DNA from: an uncultured Gammaproteobacteria bacterium
GTDB taxonomy: Bacteria > Patescibacteriota > Microgenomatia > UBA8517
Length of the DNA: 64,000 nt
NCBI GenBank assembly: GCA_964627195.1
Contig: CAZVJU010000003.1
Coordinates: 14,854 to 78,853, forward strand
Direction of reading: 5' to 3'
Shown here: positions 34,779-44,444 of the stretch, one piece after another
How the letters are laid out: each line of letters opens with the position of its first letter
Numbering within the stretch: the first letter of the stretch is position 1
Position numbers and translations under genes: made by a program
Notes under the pieces: generated by a model
The model's database searches: none
What the model was told of the DNA's origin: nothing
Seen by the model: only the letters and a program-made list of their open reading frames with translations

Positions 34779-35954
34779 ATGACTACAAGTATAACCACTT
34801 TTGACGTATTAGTTATCTACACCGAAAAACTTGCCATTAGTGCCAATTCTCCCTTAGAAGGTACTCCTGCACCATTCGCCAAAGAATCAGCTAACGCAAA
34901 TTACAATATTGTTTATGCCTACTTTCTCAAAACCTGCCGGAGATTTAATTTAAAAGCGGCCTTTGCAACCTCAGCCGATATAATCGGCGCCGGCTTAGTC
35001 AAAAGTTATTGGCTTTTTGATAATGGTACTTGGCTAAAAAGAGACAAGGTCGGTTTTTCTGAATTAATTTTTGATAAATTTTTTCCTACGAGTAAGAAAA
35101 TCAGAGTTAGTCGCAATTTACTTTTCTCTTCAAAAAAGGTGAAATCTTTTAGTAACCCCCACCTTTTTAATCTTTGTTTTGATAAACAAAAAACTTACAA
35201 TAAGCTCCGGAAATTTTCTATTCCCACGGTAACCATAAAAGGGGCAACCAGAAAAGGCGTTACTGAAGCCTACAAGACTCTTACCGAGAAAGTGGCTATT
35301 CATCCCCACAAAGACGATTTTTCCGACGAAATTATTATGAAAGACAGATTTGGAGCTGGTGGAAATAACGTCTACAAATTTAAAGCCAGTCAAAGACTTA
35401 AAATGATTGCGGTAATGAAAAAGCACAAAAAGAAATCGTTTATCGCTCAGCCGTTTGTAAAATTTAATAAAGGTTTCAGCTATAAAAACTCTCCAGTTTC
35501 GACTGATATCAGGATGATCTATTTCGGCAAAAAAATAGTTCAAACATATATAAGAATGGCTAAACCGGAAGAGTTTAGGTGTAATGAACATCAAGGGGGG
35601 CTTTTAAAATATTTACCAGTAAGGGAAATGCCTCCTAAGGTGGTGGCATTTTCAAATGATATTGCCAAAATTCTAAACGAGAGATCATCTTTTTTTACAC
35701 TTGACTTTATTATCAGCAATACCAGAAACGTTTATCTTCTCGAAGCAAATACCGGACCGGGGTTAGACTGGAATCTAAAAATCAAGGAAAACGAAATTGA
35801 AGCCAAGAAATTGATAAGACTTGTTGTCAAAGAATTAGCCAAAAGGGTTAAACTTCCAATCACTACTTCTAAAAATAAGGTTGAAAATATTAAAGTAGGT
35901 GTTCCGGGTGCTAGCGAATACACGGTAGTACCAAATCTGTTATCGCCACTTTGA
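34779..35954 (+). CDS. ATP-grasp-fold protein (hypothetical ligase)
   Basis: C-terminal block VYLLEANTGPGL resembles the ATP-grasp (L/I)E(V/A)N..PG motif. MKDRFGAGGNNVYKF is a glycine-rich loop. It starts 16 nt after the helicase stop. Confidence 0.45.
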   Translation: MTTSITTFDVLVIYTEKLAISANSPLEGTPAPFAKESANANYNIVYAYFLKTCRRFNLKAAFATSADIIGAGLVKSYWLFDNGTWLKRDKVGFSELIFDKFFPTSKKIRVSRNLLFSSKKVKSFSNPHLFNLCFDKQKTYNKLRKFSIPTVTIKGATRKGVTEAYKTLTEKVAIHPHKDDFSDEIIMKDRFGAGGNNVYKFKASQRLKMIAVMKKHKKKSFIAQPFVKFNKGFSYKNSPVSTDIRMIYFGKKIVQTYIRMAKPEEFRCNEHQGGLLKYLPVREMPPKVVAFSNDIAKILNERSSFFTLDFIISNTRNVYLLEANTGPGLDWNLKIKENEIEAKKLIRLVVKELAKRVKLPITTSKNKVENIKVGVPGASEYTVVPNLLSPL

Positions 35955-35993
35955 ACTGACTATTTTTAAGTTATTAACTTCTTTCGAAGAGAT

Positions 35994-37232
35994 CTAAAAA
36001 TAAATTTGAAATACTTTTAGGTAAGACAGAAGTAAATGCGGCATAAGATAACGGGTTTTCACCGACTCATGAGCCTTTTGCGAAATTGACTGCATTTTAT
36101 CCTGGTTGGCAAGAACATATACTATTTTTTCTGCAGCTTCCTCTACCGAGTTAACTAAAAATCCATTTTCGCCATCCTGAATCTGTAGTTGTATTCCTCC
36201 AACCCGTCCTCCGATAACAATAGCCCCTTTCCACATGGCTTCGGTTACCGTTAGTGCAAAGCCCTCTTTGATAGACTTTTGCAGAATAACATCTGAGGCA
36301 GTTTGAAATGCATCTACAAACCTATCGTTATCCTGCATATTAATGAAAAATAAAATACCTTCTTTACTTTTTGCATATGCTTTTACTTCCTCCGCAATTT
36401 GCACTCCTTCAGGATCATCGGATGCCATCTGAGCCACAAACGCTAGTTGCAAATTCGGAACCCGCGCTTTTGCCAGCTGACACGCATCTATCACCCCAAT
36501 AGGATCTTTCCAGGGATCAAGGCGGGAAACTTGGGTTACAAGCGGTTTTGTTACATCTACTCCTAAACTTGTGAGTAAAAGTTTTGCTTCGTCTTTAGTC
36601 ATCAACTTATTTTTAGGTGCAAAAGGATCTATAACCGGAGTTATCAAACTTACTTTCTCCCCAGCTATACCATCGTGGACAAAATCCTGCATAGTAAAGA
36701 TAAAACGATCAAACTTCTGCAAATAATCAAAAATAAAACTCCATACAGCTTCGTTGGGAGTCGAGGTATCAATATGACACCGCCAAATGACAAGTTTGGG
36801 CCGATTTTTCATAAAAGCCACTGCCGCTGCGGGTTGTGGATCATGAACAATAAGGACATCTGTTTCTATTTCATCCAAAAGTCTTGCACACACTTTGTTG
36901 TGCTCAAGATACAAGTGTTTTTCTTGAGGAGTTAAATCACCCGCTTTGCCTTGAAGGAAATTATGAATTTTTTTGGTTACTTCGAAAAAAGCCATATCCG
37001 GAGGAATAACATACCAGCCACAGGATAGACCAAGGTCCCGCCACAAGGGAACTTCGCTCGGCAGCATTTCGGCTACTCCGCCCCCTAGAGCAGTTGCGTT
37101 AACTTCTGCGATCTTTAAGTTTTTTGACTTTTGAGCTAGAGTGGTAAGTGACTCGACAACATCAGGAATAAGACTGTTGTAGTCTACCAATTTTTTCTCA
37201 GCAACAGATACTTCTTGTAATGCCAGCGACAT
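35994..37232 (-). CDS. GT4-family glycosyltransferase, TreT/trehalose-synthase-like (retaining)
   Basis: C-terminal EGFALTVTEAMWKGAIVIGG...GENGFLV and N-terminal VNATALGGGVAEML are present. The likely start is MSLALQEV at 37232. The ORF-track start at 37328 would overlap the upstream gene by 89 nt. Confidence 0.6.
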   Translation of the reverse strand: MSLALQEVSVAEKKLVDYNSLIPDVVESLTTLAQKSKNLKIAEVNATALGGGVAEMLPSEVPLWRDLGLSCGWYVIPPDMAFFEVTKKIHNFLQGKAGDLTPQEKHLYLEHNKVCARLLDEIETDVLIVHDPQPAAAVAFMKNRPKLVIWRCHIDTSTPNEAVWSFIFDYLQKFDRFIFTMQDFVHDGIAGEKVSLITPVIDPFAPKNKLMTKDEAKLLLTSLGVDVTKPLVTQVSRLDPWKDPIGVIDACQLAKARVPNLQLAFVAQMASDDPEGVQIAEEVKAYAKSKEGILFFINMQDNDRFVDAFQTASDVILQKSIKEGFALTVTEAMWKGAIVIGGRVGGIQLQIQDGENGFLVNSVEEAAEKIVYVLANQDKMQSISQKAHESVKTRYLMPHLLLSYLKVFQIYF

Positions 37233-37239
37233 ACGTGAT

Positions 37240-38358
37240 CTATTCTTCAGCCCAAACCCCTTTGAGGATATCTCGCGTGGTTTGCATCTCTTTGAGCGTC
37301 TTTTCACTAAGCTTTGCTCTCTCTTCAAATATTTCTATCACTTTTTGGTACGCAAGTTCATATTGCCTCGCCATGATTTTATAATTAAAAAGATTTCTCG
37401 CCCGCTCGGAAATATATCTTCTATCCATAGAAAAAAGTTGATCCATATGGTGGTAACCCTGAACAAAGTCTTCGACCAAAAGCCCTGTCCTACCCTCTTC
37501 AATAAGCTCAGGCATAGAGCCCTTTTCAATAGCCAGAGTCGGCGTACCACAGTATGCTGATTCCAAAACAGTTAAGCCAAAGGGTTCGCGAAAACCAGTT
37601 GGATGCAAATTTACCCGAGCGTTACTAATTAGTTCAATTTTTTCCTGCATACCGATTTCACCAAGGTTTTCAACAAGAGGATGCGCTAAATAGGGCTTAA
37701 TAACTTTTTCAAAATAGTCTTTGCCTTGGAAATCCAGTTTGCCGGCAATCTTAATTTTCATTCCAAGCCTTAGTGCCAATTCAATTGCAAGATGTGGATT
37801 TTTCTCCTGGTCATAGCGACCTATAAAACACAAATAATCCTGAGGTTTTTCAACAAAAGGAAATTCTTCGGGGTCAAGACCATTATAACAAACCCCAACG
37901 TACTGAAGATCAGGAAATCCTTCCTGCTGGTTTTCCGAAATAGAAGCGTAAAAAAGCCCTTCGCGCTTTTCAAAATATTTTAACTGCGAAAAAAGAAATG
38001 GACCATGAAGAGTCGTCAGATTTGGAAATTCCTGAAAGTCTATAAGATCATACGCGTTGGAATGAATTATGTCGACGTGAGGTAAAATAGCTCTTAATAT
38101 TTTCTTCATTCTTTTATGAATTTCAGCAACTCTCCTTTCTATCGTAATATTTTCCTCCACATCCTTGCCAAAGAAAGTATGTTTTTCACAAATGGGAATA
38201 AGTTTGCAGGGTACTTGAGAATCACCCGGTGCAAGTAAGGTCACTTCATGACCTCTTTCCATAAGTCCCTTGATAAGGAAATAAATCACACGCTCAGTAC
38301 CACCGTATTTTTGGGGAGGAACCTCAACATAAGGTTCCGCAAGCATAGCAATTTTCAT
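37240..38358 (-). CDS. GT4-family glycosyltransferase
   Basis: N-terminal MKIAMLAEPYVEVPPQKYGGTERV and the conserved C-terminal E..G..LE GT4 pattern are present. Confidence 0.7.
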   Translation of the reverse strand: MKIAMLAEPYVEVPPQKYGGTERVIYFLIKGLMERGHEVTLLAPGDSQVPCKLIPICEKHTFFGKDVEENITIERRVAEIHKRMKKILRAILPHVDIIHSNAYDLIDFQEFPNLTTLHGPFLFSQLKYFEKREGLFYASISENQQEGFPDLQYVGVCYNGLDPEEFPFVEKPQDYLCFIGRYDQEKNPHLAIELALRLGMKIKIAGKLDFQGKDYFEKVIKPYLAHPLVENLGEIGMQEKIELISNARVNLHPTGFREPFGLTVLESAYCGTPTLAIEKGSMPELIEEGRTGLLVEDFVQGYHHMDQLFSMDRRYISERARNLFNYKIMARQYELAYQKVIEIFEERAKLSEKTLKEMQTTRDILKGVWAEE

Positions 38359-38377
38359 ACATTAAAGCAGGCTTAAT

Positions 38378-40234
38378 TTGAGATTATTACTTGTATATAA
38401 TACTACAAAGGTAATAATATTAGAAGCTATCCAAGCTACGAGAAGAATTATGGTCTATTATATTAAAGAAAATTTTTATTTTGATATCGACAAATATAAC
38501 CAACTTAGGATAACCGGACCACAAAATCACCTTCTTCTTGGCTTGACCATTCCCGAAAATGTCAAAATTGAAGTTGAAAAGTATAACCTTCACAAGAAGC
38601 AGCTGGTCGTAAAATTAAAGCTTTCTACAAAAAAATTAACTACGCCAATTCCTATTGTCACAGACATTCGAACCATAAGAACTTACACAGAAAATGTCCG
38701 CCCTCAACCAACTTATGGAGAACTGATAGAAAAAAATATTGAAGAGTTGGTCCCTCAGACAATTAGACAAGTTAAAAGAAAAGGAAAGATCGTTCTCAAG
38801 TTTGCCAAAACGTACACCGACGAACGGGGAAAAATACGAAGGTACGGGGCAAAATTTATTCTTCCGCCTGATTCCAGCGCAAAAATTGACGGGAAAAAGT
38901 TAACGATAACCTCTGATAAAAATATTTTTTTAACCATTAAAACAATTACAAATGTAACTGTTTCTCAAAAACTTCGCTCCTTGGTTTTTGTTCCTGAAGA
39001 AGATATTAGTCGGGATCTATTTAATAAAACCTTATTAGACCTTTACCAAAAAGCAGGTAAAGATGTTGAATATCTAGTTCGAACTCAAAAAACGAGCAGC
39101 TTTGAGTATGGCACAATATTCCCACGAGACTGGATTGAGTCAGCGGATCTGGGACATGGAGACTTCAGCCCTGAGACTATTGATTATATGTATTCTCAGG
39201 CTATGAAAAATATCTCAGAAACGGGCGAAGGCTGGCACGAAGAACTGGTGGGCTCATACCGAATGAAAGCGGGTTCTAAAAATTTTATCGATAGAAAGAT
39301 GATTGACATAGAACCACGCTACATCATCGGTATGAATTTCGTGACAAAGTCTTTCCTGCTGAATAAAGAAAATAGAAGAAAGCTAAAATTGGTGGCAAAT
39401 TACATACTGCGTAACGCCGAAGAAAAAGAACTTATAACATTTAAGCGAACACATCGTGCTCGCGATGAATACTATCCTGTTGGTAATTGGCGAGACAGCG
39501 GCAATGCATTTCCCGGGCAAAAATCCCCCTTGGCTCCTTATGATGTCAATTGTGTTTTTTATCCAACCAGTTTGAAAATAATCCGAGAATACTGTACCTT
39601 TTTCCAAATCCGCAATCTTAATTGGTTGGATGAAATCTTCGAGAAATGGCAATTGAATAAACAAAAATATCGTATGTATCACCCATATGACACAGTGGGG
39701 TATGCACTAGCAATTCACGGAAAGAAAAATAAACAACTTACAGTGTCACACCTGGACGAGGCATATGACTTATTCTACGGAAATCCAAATCTTGAAGAAG
39801 TTGTAAGCTTTGCAATTAAGTTAGCAGATCCTGATTTTTTCTATACCCCCGTGGGACCAATCCTAGTAGCAAATGATGAGGAAGAATACTCAACCGGCCA
39901 ATATCACGGTAAGGTTATTTGGCCAAAACAAGCCGCATTTGCAATCGCGGGGTTAGTAAGGCAATTCAGAAGAGGCATCTTGGAAAACTGGCCGAATGAT
40001 GTTTTAGAAACAATCAAAGATGTAATTAAAATAACCTGTGAAGCTTGTTTTCGAGGCTGGGAAGAATTGGGCGTAATACCTGAGCTTTACTACTATGACA
40101 AAAAAGGTAACTGTGCAAGACTCTATACAGATCAGCAAAACTATGAGGGACCAATGAGTTTTCTGCAGCTTTGGAGTTTAGTCGGAGCTAGGCGGATTAT
40201 GCGTGGATATCAGTTTATGAAGCTCCATGGCTAA
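38378..40234 (+). CDS. Six-hairpin (alpha/alpha)6-type glycoside hydrolase-like protein (GH63/GDE-like), hypothetical
   Basis: About 600-aa protein with blocks GNWRDSGNAFPG, VIWPKQAAFAIAGL and YEGPMSFLQLWS. It is divergent from the GT4 pair. The true start may be the internal Met at about 38450. Confidence 0.4.
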   Translation: MRLLLVYNTTKVIILEAIQATRRIMVYYIKENFYFDIDKYNQLRITGPQNHLLLGLTIPENVKIEVEKYNLHKKQLVVKLKLSTKKLTTPIPIVTDIRTIRTYTENVRPQPTYGELIEKNIEELVPQTIRQVKRKGKIVLKFAKTYTDERGKIRRYGAKFILPPDSSAKIDGKKLTITSDKNIFLTIKTITNVTVSQKLRSLVFVPEEDISRDLFNKTLLDLYQKAGKDVEYLVRTQKTSSFEYGTIFPRDWIESADLGHGDFSPETIDYMYSQAMKNISETGEGWHEELVGSYRMKAGSKNFIDRKMIDIEPRYIIGMNFVTKSFLLNKENRRKLKLVANYILRNAEEKELITFKRTHRARDEYYPVGNWRDSGNAFPGQKSPLAPYDVNCVFYPTSLKIIREYCTFFQIRNLNWLDEIFEKWQLNKQKYRMYHPYDTVGYALAIHGKKNKQLTVSHLDEAYDLFYGNPNLEEVVSFAIKLADPDFFYTPVGPILVANDEEEYSTGQYHGKVIWPKQAAFAIAGLVRQFRRGILENWPNDVLETIKDVIKITCEACFRGWEELGVIPELYYYDKKGNCARLYTDQQNYEGPMSFLQLWSLVGARRIMRGYQFMKLHG

Positions 40235-40277
40235 ACTCGTGGTTTTCTCGCTTTGATGATCAAAAACGCTTGTTTCG

Positions 40278-40604
40278 CTAACCAAAAATTTTTTTAACAA
40301 GAAGAGTAAAGTTTAAACCTTTATGTTTAGTTTTGCCTTCACTTTTTTTGGACCATACGGAAAGTATTAACCACTCATTTCTCTCATTCTTTTTAGCAAC
40401 TACTTCTATTCGGACGTTATCAAGCGTTTTGTGATAAACCCAGACGTTTTTGGAGTTTGCATATCTAGATTGATCGGGGGCTCGCCATGTAGCCCAAGCA
40501 TCACTCTGTTTAATTCCACGTTCTCTCATCCTGGCAAGAGCATGATTCGTCCAAATTACCCCGCCAAATTTATTGTCCACGCTTCCCTTTCCCTCTAATC
40601 TCAT
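40278..40604 (-). CDS. DUF4258-like small protein (putative toxin-like)
   Basis: The block IWTNHALARMRERGI resembles the DUF4258 signature. It overlaps the upstream small ORF by 35 nt. Confidence 0.35.
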   Translation of the reverse strand: MRLEGKGSVDNKFGGVIWTNHALARMRERGIKQSDAWATWRAPDQSRYANSKNVWVYHKTLDNVRIEVVAKKNERNEWLILSVWSKKSEGKTKHKGLNFTLLVKKIFG

Positions 40605-40908
40605 GAAGTATTTCTGCTTCTATACTTTTAATTTCATTTCTTAATAACTCTTCAATATCCCCTTTTATCATCTTATTAAGATAGACTATGTGAGTATCAC
40701 TGTAAGGAGACTCATGAAAGCTTAATAAAAACTCTTCATGGTGCTCACGGGGTAAGATATCCAGAATTGAAGCTAAAACTCTATGATGAATAATTTCATC
40801 AATCAGTTGCCAAAGTTCCTCACGTTCTTCGGCTAAGTCAGTTACATTTTTTATTTCCCTATCAACTTCCTCAAATATTATCAGGTGATCGTAAAAGATT
40901 CTACTCAT
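40570..40908 (-). CDS. Small hypothetical protein, upstream partner of the DUF4258-like ORF
   Basis: 112 aa, acidic. Operon-like overlap with 40278..40604. Confidence 0.3.
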   Translation of the reverse strand: MSRIFYDHLIIFEEVDREIKNVTDLAEEREELWQLIDEIIHHRVLASILDILPREHHEEFLLSFHESPYSDTHIVYLNKMIKGDIEELLRNEIKSIEAEILHEIRGKGKRGQ

Positions 40909-40971
40909 AATAAATTAATGTATCTTTTGGCATATGCGATAAATCGCATCTGTAGAAAATTTTTGACATAT

Positions 40972-41934
40972 TTAGTTTCTTAGCATTGCTATATCTAAGT
41001 TATTATACTCGACCGGACCAAGTGGAACTTCATTTTCCGGATCGTCCACAAAAAAAATAATTACAGGCCCCTTTTTGTAAGCGCTGCCCCCTAAAGATTG
41101 CATCACTTCAGGACTTCCGCCGTAGTGTTTACCCGTCCAAGCTGCAGGACCAGAATCAGCGATAGAAGCGATAACTGCATTGCCGTTTTCAGTATTAACG
41201 ATAAGCACTTTTCGGTACTTATACCAATTTTTTAAGTAAGGTTGTCTTCTGTCCCAATCCGACAAATAAAGGGTCTGGACGACTGCATACCATTTCTCTG
41301 TATCCTCCAACTCTTTCGTTAATGCCTGTTTAGACTGGGCGAAATAGCCCCAAGCCGAAAGTCCCGGCGCCATACCTTCCCGGATAACTTTGTTGCCCCC
41401 ATGATCCTGTAATCTGTCACCGGGGAAACGTCTTAAATGCTGCTCTATTCCAATAATACCGTATGTCGTATTTAAGTGTTCGGACTCCAATGTTGCGCGC
41501 GCAGGAACCCCAATCACATTTTGGAAAACCTGTTCTAAAAGTTTTTCCTCGGTACGGGATAGCGGACGTACTCTCCCGGGCAAACTTGAGGAAAGTGTAT
41601 CTACAAGAATCTCTTTCGAGTTCTCAGTACTCGAACCAGCAGTGGCAAATTTCTGCAAAATTTCATAAGAGGGAGGTAATAACTTTAATTCAGTTGGTAA
41701 ATTAAATAAAAGTGCGCCAGTGAGAGCCCCTGTGCCAATAAGTTTAGCAGAATGCTCACGGATTTTACCGATATCAAGTCCTTTTGATTTGAAAAACTCC
41801 TCAGCATGAAAATGTCTCTCCTTGATATGCCTTTTCGCTTCTAAGTTTACTAACTTTAGCCTTTGCCTCAATAATTCTGCATCCACTTTATTGGCAGCAA
41901 TATCAAAATACGTTTGTGTGGGCAGCTTTCCCAT
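40972..41934 (-). CDS. Hypothetical protein (possible 3D/DPBB-like C-terminal domain)
   Basis: 320 aa. The C-terminal VIASIADSGPAAWTGKHYGG...VIIFFVDD is weakly reminiscent of 3D-domain proteins. Confidence 0.3.
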   Translation of the reverse strand: MGKLPTQTYFDIAANKVDAELLRQRLKLVNLEAKRHIKERHFHAEEFFKSKGLDIGKIREHSAKLIGTGALTGALLFNLPTELKLLPPSYEILQKFATAGSSTENSKEILVDTLSSSLPGRVRPLSRTEEKLLEQVFQNVIGVPARATLESEHLNTTYGIIGIEQHLRRFPGDRLQDHGGNKVIREGMAPGLSAWGYFAQSKQALTKELEDTEKWYAVVQTLYLSDWDRRQPYLKNWYKYRKVLIVNTENGNAVIASIADSGPAAWTGKHYGGSPEVMQSLGGSAYKKGPVIIFFVDDPENEVPLGPVEYNNLDIAMLRN

Positions 41935-41950
41935 AAATAGTTGAAAGTGG

Positions 41951-43327
41951 TTAGTTATTTGATAATACTATATTAATTCTTTTTAGCGTTTCTTCCTTGC
42001 CTAAAAGTATAATCGACTCGTTAATCGGCGGAGTAAATCTTTGACCTGTAATGGCAATTCTCAAATCCATGAAAAAGTCTCCAGTCTTGAATCCGTTTTT
42101 ATCAATTTGTTTCATTAAACCATCGTTTAGATCCTTCAAAGACCAAGAGTCTAAGTTATCAAGTACATCTGTTGCGATTCCCAAATGTGTTTTCCAATTC
42201 CTGCCCAGCATTTTGGTTTCTATACTCGGCTTCTCAAAGAAAAAGCCCGCAATAGTTTCGAAATCACTAAGTTTTGTGATCCTTTCTTTGATCAAAGGAA
42301 TAATTTTCTTAACCAAATTTTTATCAGCTTTATTCGGTGCAAATGGGAGCACTAGCTTGATTAACTCTTCGTCAGTCTTTTGGCGAATATAATAACCATT
42401 AAACCAATCAAGTTTTTCTTTATTGAAAAGGGGATTAGACTTTTGAAAACCGAAAGAATCGAATAGTTTGATAAATTCGTCCAAGGTAAAAAGTTCACGA
42501 TTATCCTTGGGCGCCCAACCGAGAAGGATCGTAAAATTAAAGATTGCTTCCTTCAAATAACCTTCATCTTCTAATTGTCTAATAGAGGTTGATCCTTTTC
42601 TTTTGGCTAATTTACCCCCTTCGGCGGATTGAATATCAGTTAGATGGCCGATTTCCGGTCTGTTATATCCTAAATAGTCATATAAAAGTAAATGAATAGG
42701 CGTACTGGGCATCCAATCATAACCTCGTAAAACATGAGTTATTTTCATATCATTATCGTCATAAGTCGCTGCCAGGTGATAGGTCGGAAGTTCACCTAGT
42801 ACCTTTGATTTAAGAAGTGTTGCATCAAATACGGTATTTGAATCCCAGCTTATATCTTTATCGAAAACAAAATCGCGGTATGTTATCTTCTGGTTATCGG
42901 GAATTTTTATTTTTATGGCACCTTCTTTAAGTCCTTTATCCCTGCATGGATCTCTTAAAATCTTCGTATAACCACTATGTTTTGCGTCTCTTGCTGAACA
43001 TTGACAGTAAAATGCTTTGCCTTCTTCGACCAGTTTTTCAGCGACTCTTTTATAAATCCCCTCTTTTGCCCTTTCTGATTGGACGTAATATTCATTCCAC
43101 TTCATCCCGAAATCTGAAATCATCTTTTTAATTATTTCTACAGCCTCTGGCACATATCTTCTTTGATCAGTATCCTCAATACGCAATAAAAAATCTCCCT
43201 TATTATGTTTAGCCAGAGCATAAGCATAAACACACGTTCTTAAATGGCCAATATGGGGCATTCCTGTCGGACTTGGAGCAAATCGCGTTCGTACTTCTTG
43301 AAATTTAGAAGATTTTAACTCAGCCAC
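41951..43327 (-). CDS. gltX: Glutamyl-tRNA synthetase
   Basis: RFAPSPTGMPHIGHLRT (HIGH), LRIEDTD and KLAKRKGS (KMSKS-like) are present. Confidence 0.9.
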   Translation of the reverse strand: MAELKSSKFQEVRTRFAPSPTGMPHIGHLRTCVYAYALAKHNKGDFLLRIEDTDQRRYVPEAVEIIKKMISDFGMKWNEYYVQSERAKEGIYKRVAEKLVEEGKAFYCQCSARDAKHSGYTKILRDPCRDKGLKEGAIKIKIPDNQKITYRDFVFDKDISWDSNTVFDATLLKSKVLGELPTYHLAATYDDNDMKITHVLRGYDWMPSTPIHLLLYDYLGYNRPEIGHLTDIQSAEGGKLAKRKGSTSIRQLEDEGYLKEAIFNFTILLGWAPKDNRELFTLDEFIKLFDSFGFQKSNPLFNKEKLDWFNGYYIRQKTDEELIKLVLPFAPNKADKNLVKKIIPLIKERITKLSDFETIAGFFFEKPSIETKMLGRNWKTHLGIATDVLDNLDSWSLKDLNDGLMKQIDKNGFKTGDFFMDLRIAITGQRFTPPINESIILLGKEETLKRINIVLSNN

Positions 43328-43370
43328 AATTGAATTCTACCACGAGTACAGTTATACTCAAAAGAGCTTT

Positions 43371-44444
43371 ATGGCTTCACTTACCCAAATATCCATTTCC
43401 GCGAGGAAGGTAATCCGCTACGGAATTTACCTTATTATACTTTTAGTTATTTTACGTTTTGCTTTTAACATAAGCCTGAACTTATATAGAAGGGTATTCC
43501 CGCCCAGAGAACCGGCACCAACAGTTGCTTTCGGAAAATTACCGAAATTGGCTCTCCCAGATAAACCTAAAGCGGAAAATATAAACTATACTCTTGAACT
43601 AGTAGGAGGCGATCTGCCGAAATTGCCTGAACAGACTTTGGTTTACGAAATGCCGGCTTTCCAGTCCGACATTAAAGTAATCGATGATGCCAAAAGAAAA
43701 GCAAACCAGCTAGGGTTTAACCCAGATGGTAAAGTGCTGGTTGAGAGCATTCCAAATGTTTATGTATTTAAAAAGGGAGCAACTCCGGCAACACTCACCA
43801 TGAATGTAATAACAGGAATATTTTCTATAAGCTACAACATTAATGAAAACCCTAATATTTTTGAAGGCACTCCTGGACAACCTGAGACATCTGTCGATTT
43901 TGTTCGGAATTACTTAAAAGGATTTTTATCAGAAGACCTAACCTCCGGTCCCGGAACTACCGAACTTCTCCGCTATGAAGGTGGTAAGTTTGTCCCTGCA
44001 GTTAGTATCTCTGAGTCAAACGCAATTAAAGTAAATATTTTTAGAAAAGGCTTTGGAAAAGACGGAAGTATACCGAGTGTAACTCCTGACATGCCAGAAG
44101 CTAATGTTTGGTTTATTTTAGCCGGCCGCTCCAGAACACCAATTGCGGCTGAATACCACTCTTTCCCCATTAACACGTCAAAAATTGCGACCTATCCATT
44201 AAAGACAAGTGAGAAAGCGTGGGAGGAGTTAAAGGAAGGAAAAGCATATTTCGCAAATATTGGTGAAAATAGTTCAGGAGTCATTATCAGAAAAATCTAC
44301 CTGGCTTATTACGATGCAGGGCAGTACGCTCAATATTACCAGCCGGTTATTGTCTTTGAGGGAGATAATAAGTTTTTTGCTTTCGTCCCTGCAGTAATAG
44401 ATGAACACTATGGAAGAGAACAAGCTACAACTACTGCGCAATAG
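43371..44444 (+). CDS. Hypothetical membrane-anchored protein
   Basis: 357 aa with an N-terminal TM segment and no recognised motif. Confidence 0.35.
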   Translation: MASLTQISISARKVIRYGIYLIILLVILRFAFNISLNLYRRVFPPREPAPTVAFGKLPKLALPDKPKAENINYTLELVGGDLPKLPEQTLVYEMPAFQSDIKVIDDAKRKANQLGFNPDGKVLVESIPNVYVFKKGATPATLTMNVITGIFSISYNINENPNIFEGTPGQPETSVDFVRNYLKGFLSEDLTSGPGTTELLRYEGGKFVPAVSISESNAIKVNIFRKGFGKDGSIPSVTPDMPEANVWFILAGRSRTPIAAEYHSFPINTSKIATYPLKTSEKAWEELKEGKAYFANIGENSSGVIIRKIYLAYYDAGQYAQYYQPVIVFEGDNKFFAFVPAVIDEHYGREQATTTAQ

